Source: an uncultured Acidimicrobiales bacterium (lineage in GTDB: Bacteria > Actinomycetota > Acidimicrobiia > Acidimicrobiales > Hopanoidiivorantaceae). From it: a stretch of DNA of 43,065 nucleotides. Of this stretch, positions 26,550-36,731 are shown piece after piece. The position numbers and the translations under genes are program-made. The stretch is taken from assembly GCA_964514465.1 (NCBI GenBank), contig CAZERQ010000053.1:1-43065 (forward strand). The letters run 5' to 3'. Position 1 is the stretch's first letter. The number at the start of each line of letters is the position of its first letter. The notes below the pieces were generated by a model, which saw only the letters and a program-made list of their open reading frames with translations, was not told the origin of the DNA and made no database searches.

Positions 26550-27707
26550 CTAGATTGCGTGCTCCTTAAGGCTGGCGGGGTCGACATCGGGTTCGCCGGT
26601 GGGATCCCAGCGCTCCACCACGGTCTCGGGGATCGAGCCGAAGCGGTTGTCCATGTCCAGGATCTCACGTTCGGCGGGCGGGCGCCAGACGGCCTTGAGG
26701 CGCATTCCGATTCTGAAATCTGCGACCGCGATGTGGCGGATGTCGATGCCTTGCACCGGCTGGTCGGCGCCGTCCAGCAGGATGGAGCATCGGATGTAGG
26801 GCTCGGTTTCCTTTTGTCCGTGATATTGGACGGGGTTGATTTCGGTGAAGCCCACGACCGTGCCCACGTCGGCCACTTCCAGCTCGTCAGCTTCGGTGAT
26901 AGCCACGCGTTCCATGGGGTCAAAACCGCGGCCCGGCACATATATCTTGCCCGACGCCGGACTGCGCTGGGCTATGATCTTGCCGGCCAGCAAGCCTTCG
27001 GCGAAACGGCGGCGATGGTCGTGCAGCGGTTCTGAGATGGTGAGGGATATGACGTGCTCGGTGATGGTGACCGGCTCCTCGCCGGGGGCAATGTCTTCGG
27101 GTGCGACGGTGGCCGGGGCGGCGGGCGCGGACTCAGTGGCGGGCGCGTCGTCGGGCGCGGCGGCACCCCCAGCCGCGGCGGCATCCCCAGCCTCGGGCAC
27201 GAAAAAAATGTCGGTGATGGCACCGGCGCGTTCCCCGCGCCACTGGGCCACGACCCGCATGCCCGTGGAGATGTCGTCCGACGAGTTAGCCTGGATCGCG
27301 TGCGGTAGAGGCGTGTCGGCTCCGTCCAGCAAAATCTGCGCAAACGCAAACGGCTCAGCAAAAGGATGCTTGGCGGTGGGATGCTGCACCCAAGTCCAAG
27401 ACACGACCTCACCGCCCGGGCCCACCTCCACAAAATCCGGCTCGATGGCGGCGGCTGTCTCAGGGTGATATTCCAGCGGCGGACAAAACACCTTGGGGCC
27501 GGCGGCAGTCCCAAAACCGGCAGCGACCTCGATCCGGTTGCCCAGAATTTTCCCGTCCCGCAAGCCGGTCAGGAAAGGGCCCACGAATGGGCCAGTCGTG
27601 CGGGTGTAGGGGAACTCCAGGACATGGTGGCTGTCTGGGATCGGCGCGGGCGAAGCCGACGGGGACGAACCGGGCGAAGCCGAACTGGGCGCGGGCGAAG
27701 CTGGCAT
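26550..27707 (-). CDS. Tandem DUF35 (Zn-ribbon/OB-fold) protein, Rv3521-like
   Basis: Two repeats of F..GL..GKI...G.V..(W/F)T...ILLDGAD...GMR joined by an Ala/Pro linker. Directly upstream of ltp4. Confidence 0.85.
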   Translation of the reverse strand: MPASPAPSSASPGSSPSASPAPIPDSHHVLEFPYTRTTGPFVGPFLTGLRDGKILGNRIEVAAGFGTAAGPKVFCPPLEYHPETAAAIEPDFVEVGPGGEVVSWTWVQHPTAKHPFAEPFAFAQILLDGADTPLPHAIQANSSDDISTGMRVVAQWRGERAGAITDIFFVPEAGDAAAAGGAAAPDDAPATESAPAAPATVAPEDIAPGEEPVTITEHVISLTISEPLHDHRRRFAEGLLAGKIIAQRSPASGKIYVPGRGFDPMERVAITEADELEVADVGTVVGFTEINPVQYHGQKETEPYIRCSILLDGADQPVQGIDIRHIAVADFRIGMRLKAVWRPPAEREILDMDNRFGSIPETVVERWDPTGEPDVDPASLKEHAI

Positions 27708-27739
27708 GGAATTATGAGCCTAGCACAAATGCTGGCACA

Positions 27740-28657
27740 TCAGCTGCCGAATGCCGAGATGATGTCGCTGCCATAACCCAACGTCTGCTCCACCGCCTCG
27801 TCCAGTGTCTGTCCGCCGCCGTTGGCCACCAGCCAGGTCACGCCCAGCCGCTCCAGCTCCGCTATCGAATCCAGATGCTGCTGCAGGTCAAACCCCGCCG
27901 TGCCGGGCGTGCCACCCTCGAAGGTCATATATATAACGTCAATCGGATCGCTGCGCCCCTGCCGCTCCAACTGCTCAGACAGATAGGCCAGCATGTCGGC
28001 CAGATCCTGGTTGTTGTCCAGATGTGCCGACCGGCGCCGGTCGCCCAGGGCCCGGGGATTGGGCATGGGCATCCAGCCCTGGCCCCATTGGGCAACCCGG
28101 CGGCGAGTGAGTTTGGAATTGCCGCCCAACCAGACGGGTGGAATGCGGGCAGGCGTGGGAAGCGAGGCGCTGTCGCGCACCGAAAAATGCCGTCCCTCAT
28201 AGCTGAAGGGTTCGCCCCGCCAAGCCAGCCGCATAACCTCGATGGACTCGTCAAACAGCTCGTTGCGCTCATCAAAATCCACGCCCAGGGCTTTGTATTC
28301 CCCCTTCAGATAGCCGCAGCCGGCGCCCAGAATCACCCGGCCGCCGGAGAGCGCGTCCAAACTGGCGACGGTTTTGGCCAGCAGCAGCGGGTTGCGATAT
28401 GGCAGCACGGTCAGGTTGGTGAGCAGCGACAGCTCCCGGGTGGCGGCGGCGCAGAAACTGAGACCCACAAACGGATCCAGCGCGTCGTGGCCTCCGCTTT
28501 GGCGCCACTTTTCTGGCGGAATGGGATGCTCGGTGAAGAATGCGGCGGAAAAGCCGGCTTGCTCGGCGGCCTGGGAGAGCTGGGCAATGGCGTCGGCCGA
28601 CAAGAACTCGGGGTTGGGCGGGCATTGCATGAAGGGGAAGCCGTAGGCGAATTTCAT
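27740..28657 (-). CDS. LLM-class (probably F420-dependent) oxidoreductase
   Basis: AEQAGF..EH, LPYRNPLLLAK.VASLD.LSGGR and PPVWLGG. Start taken at MKFAYGFP. Confidence 0.88.
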   Translation of the reverse strand: MKFAYGFPFMQCPPNPEFLSADAIAQLSQAAEQAGFSAAFFTEHPIPPEKWRQSGGHDALDPFVGLSFCAAATRELSLLTNLTVLPYRNPLLLAKTVASLDALSGGRVILGAGCGYLKGEYKALGVDFDERNELFDESIEVMRLAWRGEPFSYEGRHFSVRDSASLPTPARIPPVWLGGNSKLTRRRVAQWGQGWMPMPNPRALGDRRRSAHLDNNQDLADMLAYLSEQLERQGRSDPIDVIYMTFEGGTPGTAGFDLQQHLDSIAELERLGVTWLVANGGGQTLDEAVEQTLGYGSDIISAFGS

Positions 28658-28812
28658 AGGTCTAGGTTTAGCACATTGCTTGGCGCTCTGCTGTCGCTGA
28701 CCCGAAGCCGGCGCGCCCAAGCGGAGCCAGCCCGCGCCCAACCCGACCATCCCAAACCAAACCACACACACCCCAAGCCACCCAATCCGACTTAAACTGA
28801 ATAGCAAAGCCG

Positions 28813-30378
28813 ATGCTGTTTCCCACCTTTACCTTCGCTGTCTTTTTTGCTGTTGTTTTGTGCACGGGCTGGCTGCTCCACTCCAAGCCGGTGCTTTGGA
28901 AGCTGTTCATGGTTGCCGCCAGCTATGTGTTTTATGCCTGGTGGAATCCGCGTTTCGTGCTGCTGTTGGTTGCGTCCACTTTTGTCAACACGATTTGCGG
29001 TCGCATCATCGGCCATCAGTCGGTCGCAGCCCGCGCCACCGCGGCCCGAGCGGCCGCGCCCCAAACCACCGCGCCCGCAACCCAAACCGCCACCAACCAG
29101 CCGCGCCCAACTCCCGTCCGCCGAACCGCGCTCATCGTGGCCGTGCTATACAACCTGGGCGTGCTCGGATTCTTCAAATACCACGACTTCTTCATCTCCA
29201 GCATCGAAGACGGCCTGCAACGGCTGGGCATGTCGGCCAACCTGCCGCTGCTGCGGGTGGTGCTGCCGGTCGGCATATCCTTTTTCACCTTCCAGGCGCT
29301 CAGCTATGTCATCGATATCCACCGCGGCAAAATCTCAACCTGCGGCCTGCTGGACTTCGCCGTCTATCTGTCATTTTTCCCGCAACTGGTGGCCGGCCCC
29401 ATCGTCAGAGCCTCGGAGTTTTTGCCCCAACTGCAAAAGCGCCTCAACCCGCTTGACATCGACCTGACCAGAGCCACCATTCTCATCGCCTCGGGCCTGT
29501 TCAAAAAGGTCGTCATCTCGAGCTATCTGGCCGAAGCCCTGGTGGATGATGTCTTCGGCTTCCCCGACCGCTTCTCGGGGCTGGAAATTCTGCTGGCACT
29601 CTATGGCTATTCCATCCAGATCTATGCCGACTTCAGCGGCTACACCGACATCGCCATCGGCGTGGCCATCCTGTTGGGCTTCCGCTTCCCCGAGAACTTC
29701 AACCAGCCCTACCGAGCCACCAGCATCGGAGATTTCTGGAGGCGGTGGCACATTACCTTGTCGAGTTGGCTGCGGGACTATCTCTATATTCCGCTGGGCG
29801 GGAACCGCGGCGGACGGGCCAAGCGGGATCGGAATTTGTTTTTGACGATGCTGTTGGGCGGATTATGGCACGGAGCTGCTTGGCCGTTCGTGGTTTGGGG
29901 AGCCTACCAAGGAACCGGCTTGTTGGTTGAGCGACGGGTGGAGGAACGTTTTGGTTCGGACGGGACGGACGGATCGCGCGGATTGGACGGATCGCGCGCC
30001 CAGCCCAGCTTGCCCACGCGCCGCCCGCTGGTGCGCCGCCCGCTGGCGACTCCGCTCAGGTGGCTGATCACATTTCACTTCGTCTGCGTGGGCTGGCTTT
30101 TCTTCCGTTCAGAAACCCTGGGCGACGCGGCCGACATGATCGCCCGGTTGTTTACATCGTTCCTCTCCCCCGCGCCCGAAATCAACAATGTGTTCGTTGG
30201 CGTGATCGTGTTCTCGCTATTGGCGCAGATGCTCTCACGCCAGGGCCTGGCCAGGTTGCAGGTCGGACTTTCGAGGTTGCCGGTCTGGTGGCTGGTGCTG
30301 GGGTTCGGCTTTTGGATCTTGCTGGTCGACCAACTCGGGCCCGAAGGCGTGGCCCCGTTCATCTATTTCCAATTCTGA
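28813..30378 (+). CDS. MBOAT family O-acyltransferase (AlgI/PatA-like)
   Basis: LPVGISFFTFQ, FFPQLVAGPI, DFSGYTDIAIG, FWRRWHITLS, GLWHGA and terminal FIYFQF. Confidence 0.93.
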   Translation: MLFPTFTFAVFFAVVLCTGWLLHSKPVLWKLFMVAASYVFYAWWNPRFVLLLVASTFVNTICGRIIGHQSVAARATAARAAAPQTTAPATQTATNQPRPTPVRRTALIVAVLYNLGVLGFFKYHDFFISSIEDGLQRLGMSANLPLLRVVLPVGISFFTFQALSYVIDIHRGKISTCGLLDFAVYLSFFPQLVAGPIVRASEFLPQLQKRLNPLDIDLTRATILIASGLFKKVVISSYLAEALVDDVFGFPDRFSGLEILLALYGYSIQIYADFSGYTDIAIGVAILLGFRFPENFNQPYRATSIGDFWRRWHITLSSWLRDYLYIPLGGNRGGRAKRDRNLFLTMLLGGLWHGAAWPFVVWGAYQGTGLLVERRVEERFGSDGTDGSRGLDGSRAQPSLPTRRPLVRRPLATPLRWLITFHFVCVGWLFFRSETLGDAADMIARLFTSFLSPAPEINNVFVGVIVFSLLAQMLSRQGLARLQVGLSRLPVWWLVLGFGFWILLVDQLGPEGVAPFIYFQF

Positions 30379-30392
30379 TTGTGGGTTCCGAC

Positions 30393-31730
30393 ATGGCCAC
30401 CCAACCTCCCAATCGCAATGCTGGCTCGACCGACCGGGCAACCAAGCACGGCGCGAGAACAAGCGCGGGCGCAAACCCAAACGCGCGGCCGAGACCGCCG
30501 AGCACGCAGCCGCGAAACCCGCAACCGCGCCGGCGCACGGCTTCAGCCAGCCAGACCATGGGGGCTGTCTTGTTCGGCTTGCTGGTGGCGGCCCTGTTGT
30601 CGTCTGGCAGTTTGGTGGGTTTGGCTGAGCGCCAGGATTTCGGCACCACCCGAGACATTGTCTTGCCGGTTGCCGAGGGCTTTGACCGCTTCAGCAGTTT
30701 CTTGAGCCTTGACCGGCCCGCCAACGCGCTCAGTTCAGCTTTGGACGACGACCAAGCTGACTATGACGTGGATGCCTTGATCGCCATCGGTCGCCAGCAA
30801 GCCGGCGATGCTGGGGCACTTGATCCTGGAGTGGCCGACGCGCCTGGGCCGACGGCCGACGCGCCCAGACCGACGTCTGACGCGTCAGGGGAAGTGGCCA
30901 ATCCAGGGCCAGCGGCTGATCCGGCCGCGACCGACCCAAGCGCGCCGGCAACCAATCCGGCCGCGGCGCCCGGCCAACCCGCAGCACCTGTTATCCCCAA
31001 CCCGCCAACTGCAACCGTCAACCCGTCCGCCACACCCGTCAACCCGGCCGCCACAACCGTCGCCCCAGCCCAACCCCAAACCAGCCCGTTTGCTCCATTC
31101 CGCCGTCAAGTCTCAGCCGACAATCCGCTCAAGCTGTGGGTCGGCGGCGACTCCCTTACCCTGGCGCTGACCCGAGGCTTCGGGCGCATCACCCCGACCA
31201 CCCTGGTCGACTACACCCGCGACCCGCACATCTCATCGGGCCTTACCCGCCCCGACTACCTCGACTGGCCCCAACGCTTGGCTAGGCTGCTCAACGAAGA
31301 CCGCCCCGAAGTGCTGGTCATCATGTTCGGCGGCAACGACTACCAGGACGTCTATTACAACGGCCAGCTGCTCACACGCCCCAGTCAAGCCTGGCTGGAT
31401 TTCTATCGGATCCGGGTGGCCGCCGCCATGGACTTGCTCAACCAGCCCAACTTGGAGGTGATCTGGGTGGGGGTTCCGATCATGCGAGACGACTTTTTCG
31501 CAACCGGCATGGCGCACCTCAACGAAATCTACCGCTCCGAGGCGGCCAGCAGAAGTTCAATCTGGTATTTTGACACCTGGGATCTGTTCGCCGACAGCAA
31601 CGGGAACTACACCGACATCATCGACGGGCAGACCATGCGGGAGGTGGACGGCGTCCATCTCACAACCGCCGGCGGCGTGCGTCTGGCCGAGACAATCTGG
31701 GAAACCGTCGCGCCGCGCTGGGGGATATAG
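30393..31730 (+). CDS. SGNH/GDSL (DUF459-like) acetyltransferase partner, membrane anchored
   Basis: TM segment, Pro/Ala/Thr linker, GDSL, SSGL.RPDY.DW, GGND and DGVH. Starts just after the MBOAT stop. Confidence 0.85.
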   Translation: MATQPPNRNAGSTDRATKHGARTSAGANPNARPRPPSTQPRNPQPRRRTASASQTMGAVLFGLLVAALLSSGSLVGLAERQDFGTTRDIVLPVAEGFDRFSSFLSLDRPANALSSALDDDQADYDVDALIAIGRQQAGDAGALDPGVADAPGPTADAPRPTSDASGEVANPGPAADPAATDPSAPATNPAAAPGQPAAPVIPNPPTATVNPSATPVNPAATTVAPAQPQTSPFAPFRRQVSADNPLKLWVGGDSLTLALTRGFGRITPTTLVDYTRDPHISSGLTRPDYLDWPQRLARLLNEDRPEVLVIMFGGNDYQDVYYNGQLLTRPSQAWLDFYRIRVAAAMDLLNQPNLEVIWVGVPIMRDDFFATGMAHLNEIYRSEAASRSSIWYFDTWDLFADSNGNYTDIIDGQTMREVDGVHLTTAGGVRLAETIWETVAPRWGI

Positions 31731-31973
31731 GTGAAGGCTGGTGGGTGCAGTTGGCAGAGTCACGCCACACAAACATTTGCTAAACTCCACGCAAAAACCA
31801 CAGAACCCAACTAGGCTGGTGAATACAATAGGCTATTGCACAGCAGACGGCCAGACCGGTCGGCGCAATCCCTCAACCCCAACCACATTATAATTACCCA
31901 TACATACCCATTGCATAGTCCAGATAAAATATCCAATCCAAACAACACAATCCAAACTTCTAGGAGACCCAAA

Positions 31974-33014
31974 ATGTTCAAGAAAATAACCACCCTTTTG
32001 ATCGCTCTGCTGGCTCTGGCCCTGTTTGCGGCCGCCTGCAGCGACGATGGCGACAGCGGTTCCGAGGAATCGCTTTTGGACACCGTGCGTGAGCGTGGCC
32101 GTGTCATCTGCGGCGCCCGCGACGCGTTGACCGGCTTTGCCATGGTGGACGAGTCAGGCAACTTCTCCGGCTTTGACGTCGAGTTCTGCCGGGTTGTGGC
32201 CGCCGGCGTGCTGGGCGACGCCAACGCGGTGGAGATCAAGCCGCTTGAGACAGCCGACCGGTTCACCGCTTTGCAGTCCGGCGAGGTTGATGTGCTGATC
32301 CGCAACACCACCTGGACAGCCACCCGCGACGGACAGGAAGGCGCCAACTTCTTGTTCACCACGCTCTATGACGGACAGGGCTTTTTGGTGCCAGCCGACA
32401 GCGGCATCCGAAGCCTGGAGGACCTTGACGGCGCGAACATCTGCGTCGCACAAGGCACCACCACCGAGCAGAACCTGTCGACCGTGTTCAGGAACCGGGG
32501 CATAAGTTTCACGCCGCAGCTGTTCGGCACCAACACGGATCTGCAGTCAGCCTATGAGAGCGGCCAGTGCCAGTCCTTCACCGGCGACGCCTCGACTTTG
32601 GCGACCTACAAGTTCACCTCCGAGCAAGCCGGCGGCCCGGCGCAATTCGTCATTCCCGAGGTCATCTCCAAGGAGCCCTTGGGCCCGGTCGTGGCTGACG
32701 GCGATACCGCCTGGGCGCAAGCTGTCAACTGGTCGGTCATGGCCACGGTTCAGGCTTGGGAGTTCGGCCTGGACTCCGGCAACATCGGCAGCTACAGCGG
32801 CTCGGACGGTAACATCTTGAACTTCCTGGGCAGCGACGGGTTCGACCCGGGCTTGGGCCTGGCGTCGGACTTCGCGGTCAACGTGGTTAGCCAGGTCGGC
32901 AACTACGGCGAAATCTATGCGCGCACCCTGGAACCGCTGGGCCTGCCCATGGCGGGATCCAACAACCGCCTCTGGTCAGACGGCGGCCTGCTCTACACCC
33001 CGCCCTACAGGTAA
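31974..33014 (+). CDS. aapJ: General L-amino acid ABC transporter substrate-binding lipoprotein (AapJ/BztA-like)
   Basis: Lipobox LFAAAC, RFTALQSGEVD, RNTTWT..RD, ISKEPLGP, VGNYGEIY and GGLLY.PP. AGGAG SD upstream. Confidence 0.88.
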   Translation: MFKKITTLLIALLALALFAAACSDDGDSGSEESLLDTVRERGRVICGARDALTGFAMVDESGNFSGFDVEFCRVVAAGVLGDANAVEIKPLETADRFTALQSGEVDVLIRNTTWTATRDGQEGANFLFTTLYDGQGFLVPADSGIRSLEDLDGANICVAQGTTTEQNLSTVFRNRGISFTPQLFGTNTDLQSAYESGQCQSFTGDASTLATYKFTSEQAGGPAQFVIPEVISKEPLGPVVADGDTAWAQAVNWSVMATVQAWEFGLDSGNIGSYSGSDGNILNFLGSDGFDPGLGLASDFAVNVVSQVGNYGEIYARTLEPLGLPMAGSNNRLWSDGGLLYTPPYR

Positions 33015-33033
33015 CCAGGAGCTGACAATTCTT

Positions 33034-33108
33034 GGCGCTAGCAGTCCTTGATGGCTAAGACCCTGATGGCTTAAGGAGAGTGGCCATCTCACGGGACTGC
33101 TAGTCGCC
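33034..33108 (+). other. Intercistronic stem-loop after the substrate-binding gene
   Basis: CTAGCAGTCC (33038-33047) pairs perfectly with GGACTGCTAG (33094-33103), extended by GGCG/CGCC and GATGGC/GCCATC. No U-tract. Confidence 0.7.
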
Positions 33109-33119
33109 CGGTCGCCAAA

Positions 33120-34415
33120 TTGCCCGGTCGCCGTTCGGGTGCCGCACACGTGACCCAGTCATCGTCTCGCGACCTGCGAGGGATGCCGAACAACCGCCGG
33201 GGAATGCCGGGTGGCTTGCGGGGGATTCAGGACGCCATCCGGCCCATCTTCCGCAACCTGCAAGTCATCCGGGTTGTGCTGCAGGTGCTGGGGGCGGGAC
33301 TGCTTGCGCTGGTGGTCTGGTGGTTGCTCGGCAACCTGAGCTCCAACCTGGACCGCCTGAACATCCCCAAGGATTTCGACTTCCTGACCCGGCCGACCGG
33401 CTTTGACATACCGGAGAACAGGGGCTTTGACGCCCGGCTGCCGGTGTGGCGGATGCTTTTGATCGCGCTGCAGAACACTGTTCTGGCCGCGGTGGTGGGC
33501 ATTGTGATCGCCAGCGTTCTGGGATTGATTATCGGCATCTCAAGGCTGTCGTCCAACTGGCTGGTGGCCAAGCTGTCGCAGTTCTATGTCGAGACCTTCA
33601 GGAACATCCCCGCTCTGGTGATCATCATCTTCATCAGTTTTGCGATCTTCCAGTTTGGCCCGCTGCCTGTCATCGGCGAGTCCCGCGAGTTCAAGTTCTT
33701 CGGCTCAGACGACAACTGGCTGATCGTCTCCAAGTCCCGCATTGCCATCGTCAGCTTCATTGCCGGCGACCATGCCACCACTTTTTGGATCATCGTTGCG
33801 GGCGCGGCCGTGGCGGCGGCTGGGATTTGGTGGTGGCGCACCAATGTATACAACCAGACCGGCCGCCAGCACCACCGCTTGGCTTGGTCGGTCGGAACGT
33901 TGGTTGCCGTGGCGGTGGTGGCATACCTGGCTTTGGGCTTGCCCTATAGCTGGTCGTGGCCGGAGTTGGCCGACAACAACTTCAGCTATGTGGGCGGCTT
34001 TTCCACCAGCGCGGCCTATCTTTCCTTGACGGTGGCCCTGGGGCTCTACACCGCCAGCCATATAGCCGAGGTGGTGCGGGGTTCCATCCTTTCGGTTTCG
34101 AGGGGCCAGACCGAGGCGGCCGAAAGCGTGGCGCTGACCTCGTTTCAAAAATATCGTTTCGTGGTCTTGCCCCAGGCCTTGCGGGTGGCCGTCCCGTCCA
34201 TCACCAACAACTATCTGAACCTCACAAAAAACACATCGCTTGGGACGGCCATCGGATATGCGGAGCTGGCGCAGCTGACCCGCACCTCATATTCCAGCAC
34301 CAGCCCGGCGCCGCAGGCGATCTTGATCATGATGTGCGCCTATCTGCTGTTGTCGCTGATTATTTCGCTGATGGCCAACGGCTTCAACCAGACGCTGCGG
34401 CTCAAGGAGCGCTGA
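33120..34415 (+). CDS. aapQ: Amino acid ABC transporter permease (AapQ/BztB-like)
   Basis: YVETFRNIP and EAA loop AEVVRGSILSVSRGQTEAA. Start uncertain (33120-33204). Confidence 0.88.
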   Translation: MPGRRSGAAHVTQSSSRDLRGMPNNRRGMPGGLRGIQDAIRPIFRNLQVIRVVLQVLGAGLLALVVWWLLGNLSSNLDRLNIPKDFDFLTRPTGFDIPENRGFDARLPVWRMLLIALQNTVLAAVVGIVIASVLGLIIGISRLSSNWLVAKLSQFYVETFRNIPALVIIIFISFAIFQFGPLPVIGESREFKFFGSDDNWLIVSKSRIAIVSFIAGDHATTFWIIVAGAAVAAAGIWWWRTNVYNQTGRQHHRLAWSVGTLVAVAVVAYLALGLPYSWSWPELADNNFSYVGGFSTSAAYLSLTVALGLYTASHIAEVVRGSILSVSRGQTEAAESVALTSFQKYRFVVLPQALRVAVPSITNNYLNLTKNTSLGTAIGYAELAQLTRTSYSSTSPAPQAILIMMCAYLLLSLIISLMANGFNQTLRLKER

Positions 34416-34416
34416 T

Positions 34417-35985
34417 ATGAACTGGAAAACAGTCGACTTGCGCGCACTGCTGCGTAGCCGCGTGCAGGAGTATCGCCAGAGCGTGCTGGAGTTTCGCCAG
34501 GGCGTGCTGGAGCTACGCCGTAACTCGCCGGCCTGGATACACAAGAACCTGTTCAACAACTGGTATAACTCAGCTTTGACCGTCTTGATGGCCGGACTGA
34601 CGGCTCTGCTGGCTTATTTCGGGTTCAGGTATTTGTTTGTCACCGCAAACTGGGAACCCATCACCTCGAACCTCACCTTGCTGATGATCGGCACTTTCCC
34701 GCGCAGCCAGCAATGGCGCATTGTGGTGCAGCTGCTGCTGCTGGCGGCCGCGGCCGGCATCTTTTGGGGTGCCTCCATCGGTGCGGCCAGGGATCGGGCC
34801 AAACAAGCCGGCCTGGACTTTTCAGTCGAGCGTGTGCGGCGTGTGATCGGACGCTGGTCGGCGCTGTTTTTGCTGCTGGGTGCAATGCTGTTTTTGACCC
34901 GGACCCTCCAACCGTTGCTCCTTACGGTTGCCGCCATCTTTATCCTGTTCATGCTGCGTGCAGTCATCCGTCGAGTTGGTTCCACCTGGCGCAGCGGTGC
35001 CTGGATCCTGGGATATGTCTGCCTGATGGTGGCCTGGCAGGTGGTGAGCGGCACCCAGGGTTCGGCTTGGTGGTGGGCGGCCGGGCTGCTGGCGCTTTTG
35101 TGTTTACGGCTGGCGTCTAACTTGTCGGAGATCTTCCCGCGTAACGCCGCGGTCAGGATAATTTTCGCCAGTGGCTCCTATAGATTTCTGTTGTCGCTGT
35201 CGGCCATTGCTGTGGGGACAGCCCTGGGTTATCTGGTGTATCTACCGCTGAACTTCAGCGGGGTCGGCTGGGACAAATGGTCGGGCTTCCATCTCAATCT
35301 CACGGCGGCGGCTATTTCCATCGTGGCTGCGTTTCCGCTGGGCATGTTGTTGGCGCTGGGGCGGCGTTCGCAGTTGCCGGTGGTGCGGTGGTGCAGCATC
35401 AGCTATATCGAGTTGGTGCGCGGGGTTCCCCTCATCGGCTTGCTGTTCGTGGGCAACTCCATGCTGGGTTTCTTCATCGATGTCTCAACCAAGACCGACA
35501 ACGCCCTGTTCATCTTTGACGGGTTCGACTGGGTGCTGGAATTTTTCCGCGACACCTCAACGCCGCTGTCGCAGGTCACCCGGGCGGTGGCGGTGATGAC
35601 CATCTTCACCTCGGCGTATCTGGCGGAGATCATCCGGGGCGGACTTCAAGCGGTGTCTCGGGGCCAGGTCGAGGCCAGCCAAGCGGTGGGGTTGTCGCCG
35701 CGCCAGACCACCCAGCTCGTGGTCATGCCCCAGGCCATCACGGCGGTGATCCCCTCGCTGGTGGGCCAGTTCATAAGTTTGCTGAAGGACAGCACCTTGC
35801 TTTCGGTGATTGCAGTTCTGGAGATCTTGCGGGTGCGCCAAAACATTCATTCGCAGTCGGACTACACCACCATGGGCATCGCCGAAACACTGGTTTTCAT
35901 CGCCTTTGCGTTATGGGCTTTTGCCTTCACAATGTCGCGTGAAAGCCAGAAACTAGAGAAAAAGTTAGGAGTAGAAACAAGATGA
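34417..35985 (+). CDS. aapM: Amino acid ABC transporter permease (AapM/BztC-like), extended
   Basis: [29 protein letters not shown] and [15 protein letters not shown]. Confidence 0.88.
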   Translation: MNWKTVDLRALLRSRVQEYRQSVLEFRQGVLELRRNSPAWIHKNLFNNWYNSALTVLMAGLTALLAYFGFRYLFVTANWEPITSNLTLLMIGTFPRSQQWRIVVQLLLLAAAAGIFWGASIGAARDRAKQAGLDFSVERVRRVIGRWSALFLLLGAMLFLTRTLQPLLLTVAAIFILFMLRAVIRRVGSTWRSGAWILGYVCLMVAWQVVSGTQGSAWWWAAGLLALLCLRLASNLSEIFPRNAAVRIIFASGSYRFLLSLSAIAVGTALGYLVYLPLNFSGVGWDKWSGFHLNLTAAAISIVAAFPLGMLLALGRRSQLPVVRWCSISYIELVRGVPLIGLLFVGNSMLGFFIDVSTKTDNALFIFDGFDWVLEFFRDTSTPLSQVTRAVAVMTIFTSAYLAEIIRGGLQAVSRGQVEASQAVGLSPRQTTQLVVMPQAITAVIPSLVGQFISLLKDSTLLSVIAVLEILRVRQNIHSQSDYTTMGIAETLVFIAFALWAFAFTMSRESQKLEKKLGVETR

Positions 35986-36716
35986 CATCCAACATGATCG
36001 AATTCCACCAGGTTGACAAATTCTTCGGGCAGTTCCAGGCTCTCAAGAACATCAACCTTTCCATCGCCGAACAGGAGGTGGTGGTCGTAATCGGGCCTTC
36101 CGGCTCCGGCAAGTCCACGCTGATCCGCTGCGTGAACCGTCTGGAAAAACACGATGCGGGCCAGATATTCGTTGACGGCATGGAGTTGAGCGACGACACC
36201 AAGACCACCCGCGATGTGCGGCGTGCCACGGGGATGGTCTTTCAGCAGTTCAACCTGTTCCCGCACCTGAGCGTGATCGACAACATCACTCTGGGCCCGC
36301 GCCAGGTCAAGCGCAGTCCCCGGGATGAGGCAGAAAAGCTGGCCTTGAGTCTGCTTGAGCGGGTCAAGATTCCCGAACAGGCCAGAAAGTTCCCGGGCCA
36401 GCTTTCAGGAGGTCAGCAGCAGCGGGTGGCCATTGCCCGGTCGCTGGCCATGTCGCCCAAGGTGATGCTGTTTGACGAGCCCACTTCGGCGCTGGATCCT
36501 GAAATGATCAAGGAGGTGCTGGATGTGATGAAGGAGCTGGCCACCACCGGCATGACCATGATCGTGGTGACTCACGAGATGGGCTTTGCGAGAGAGGTGG
36601 CCCAGCGGGTGGTGTTCATGGACGAAGGTGAGATTGTGGAGGTCGGCACTCCCGATCACTTCTTTGAAGATCCCACAGAGGACAGGACTAAGCTGTTCCT
36701 CTCCCAGATTCTTTAG
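35982..36716 (+). CDS. aapP: Amino acid ABC transporter ATP-binding protein (AapP/GlnQ-like)
   Basis: [17 protein letters not shown] and [15 protein letters not shown]-type overlap with the permease stop. Confidence 0.93.
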   Translation: MTSNMIEFHQVDKFFGQFQALKNINLSIAEQEVVVVIGPSGSGKSTLIRCVNRLEKHDAGQIFVDGMELSDDTKTTRDVRRATGMVFQQFNLFPHLSVIDNITLGPRQVKRSPRDEAEKLALSLLERVKIPEQARKFPGQLSGGQQQRVAIARSLAMSPKVMLFDEPTSALDPEMIKEVLDVMKELATTGMTMIVVTHEMGFAREVAQRVVFMDEGEIVEVGTPDHFFEDPTEDRTKLFLSQIL

Positions 36717-36731
36717 CCCGGTGGGCGGGGG

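Noticed and set aside
33034-33108. Hairpin as a riboswitch or intrinsic terminator
   Set aside because: No aptamer consensus recognised and no U-tract; position fits an mRNA-stabilising intercistronic stem.
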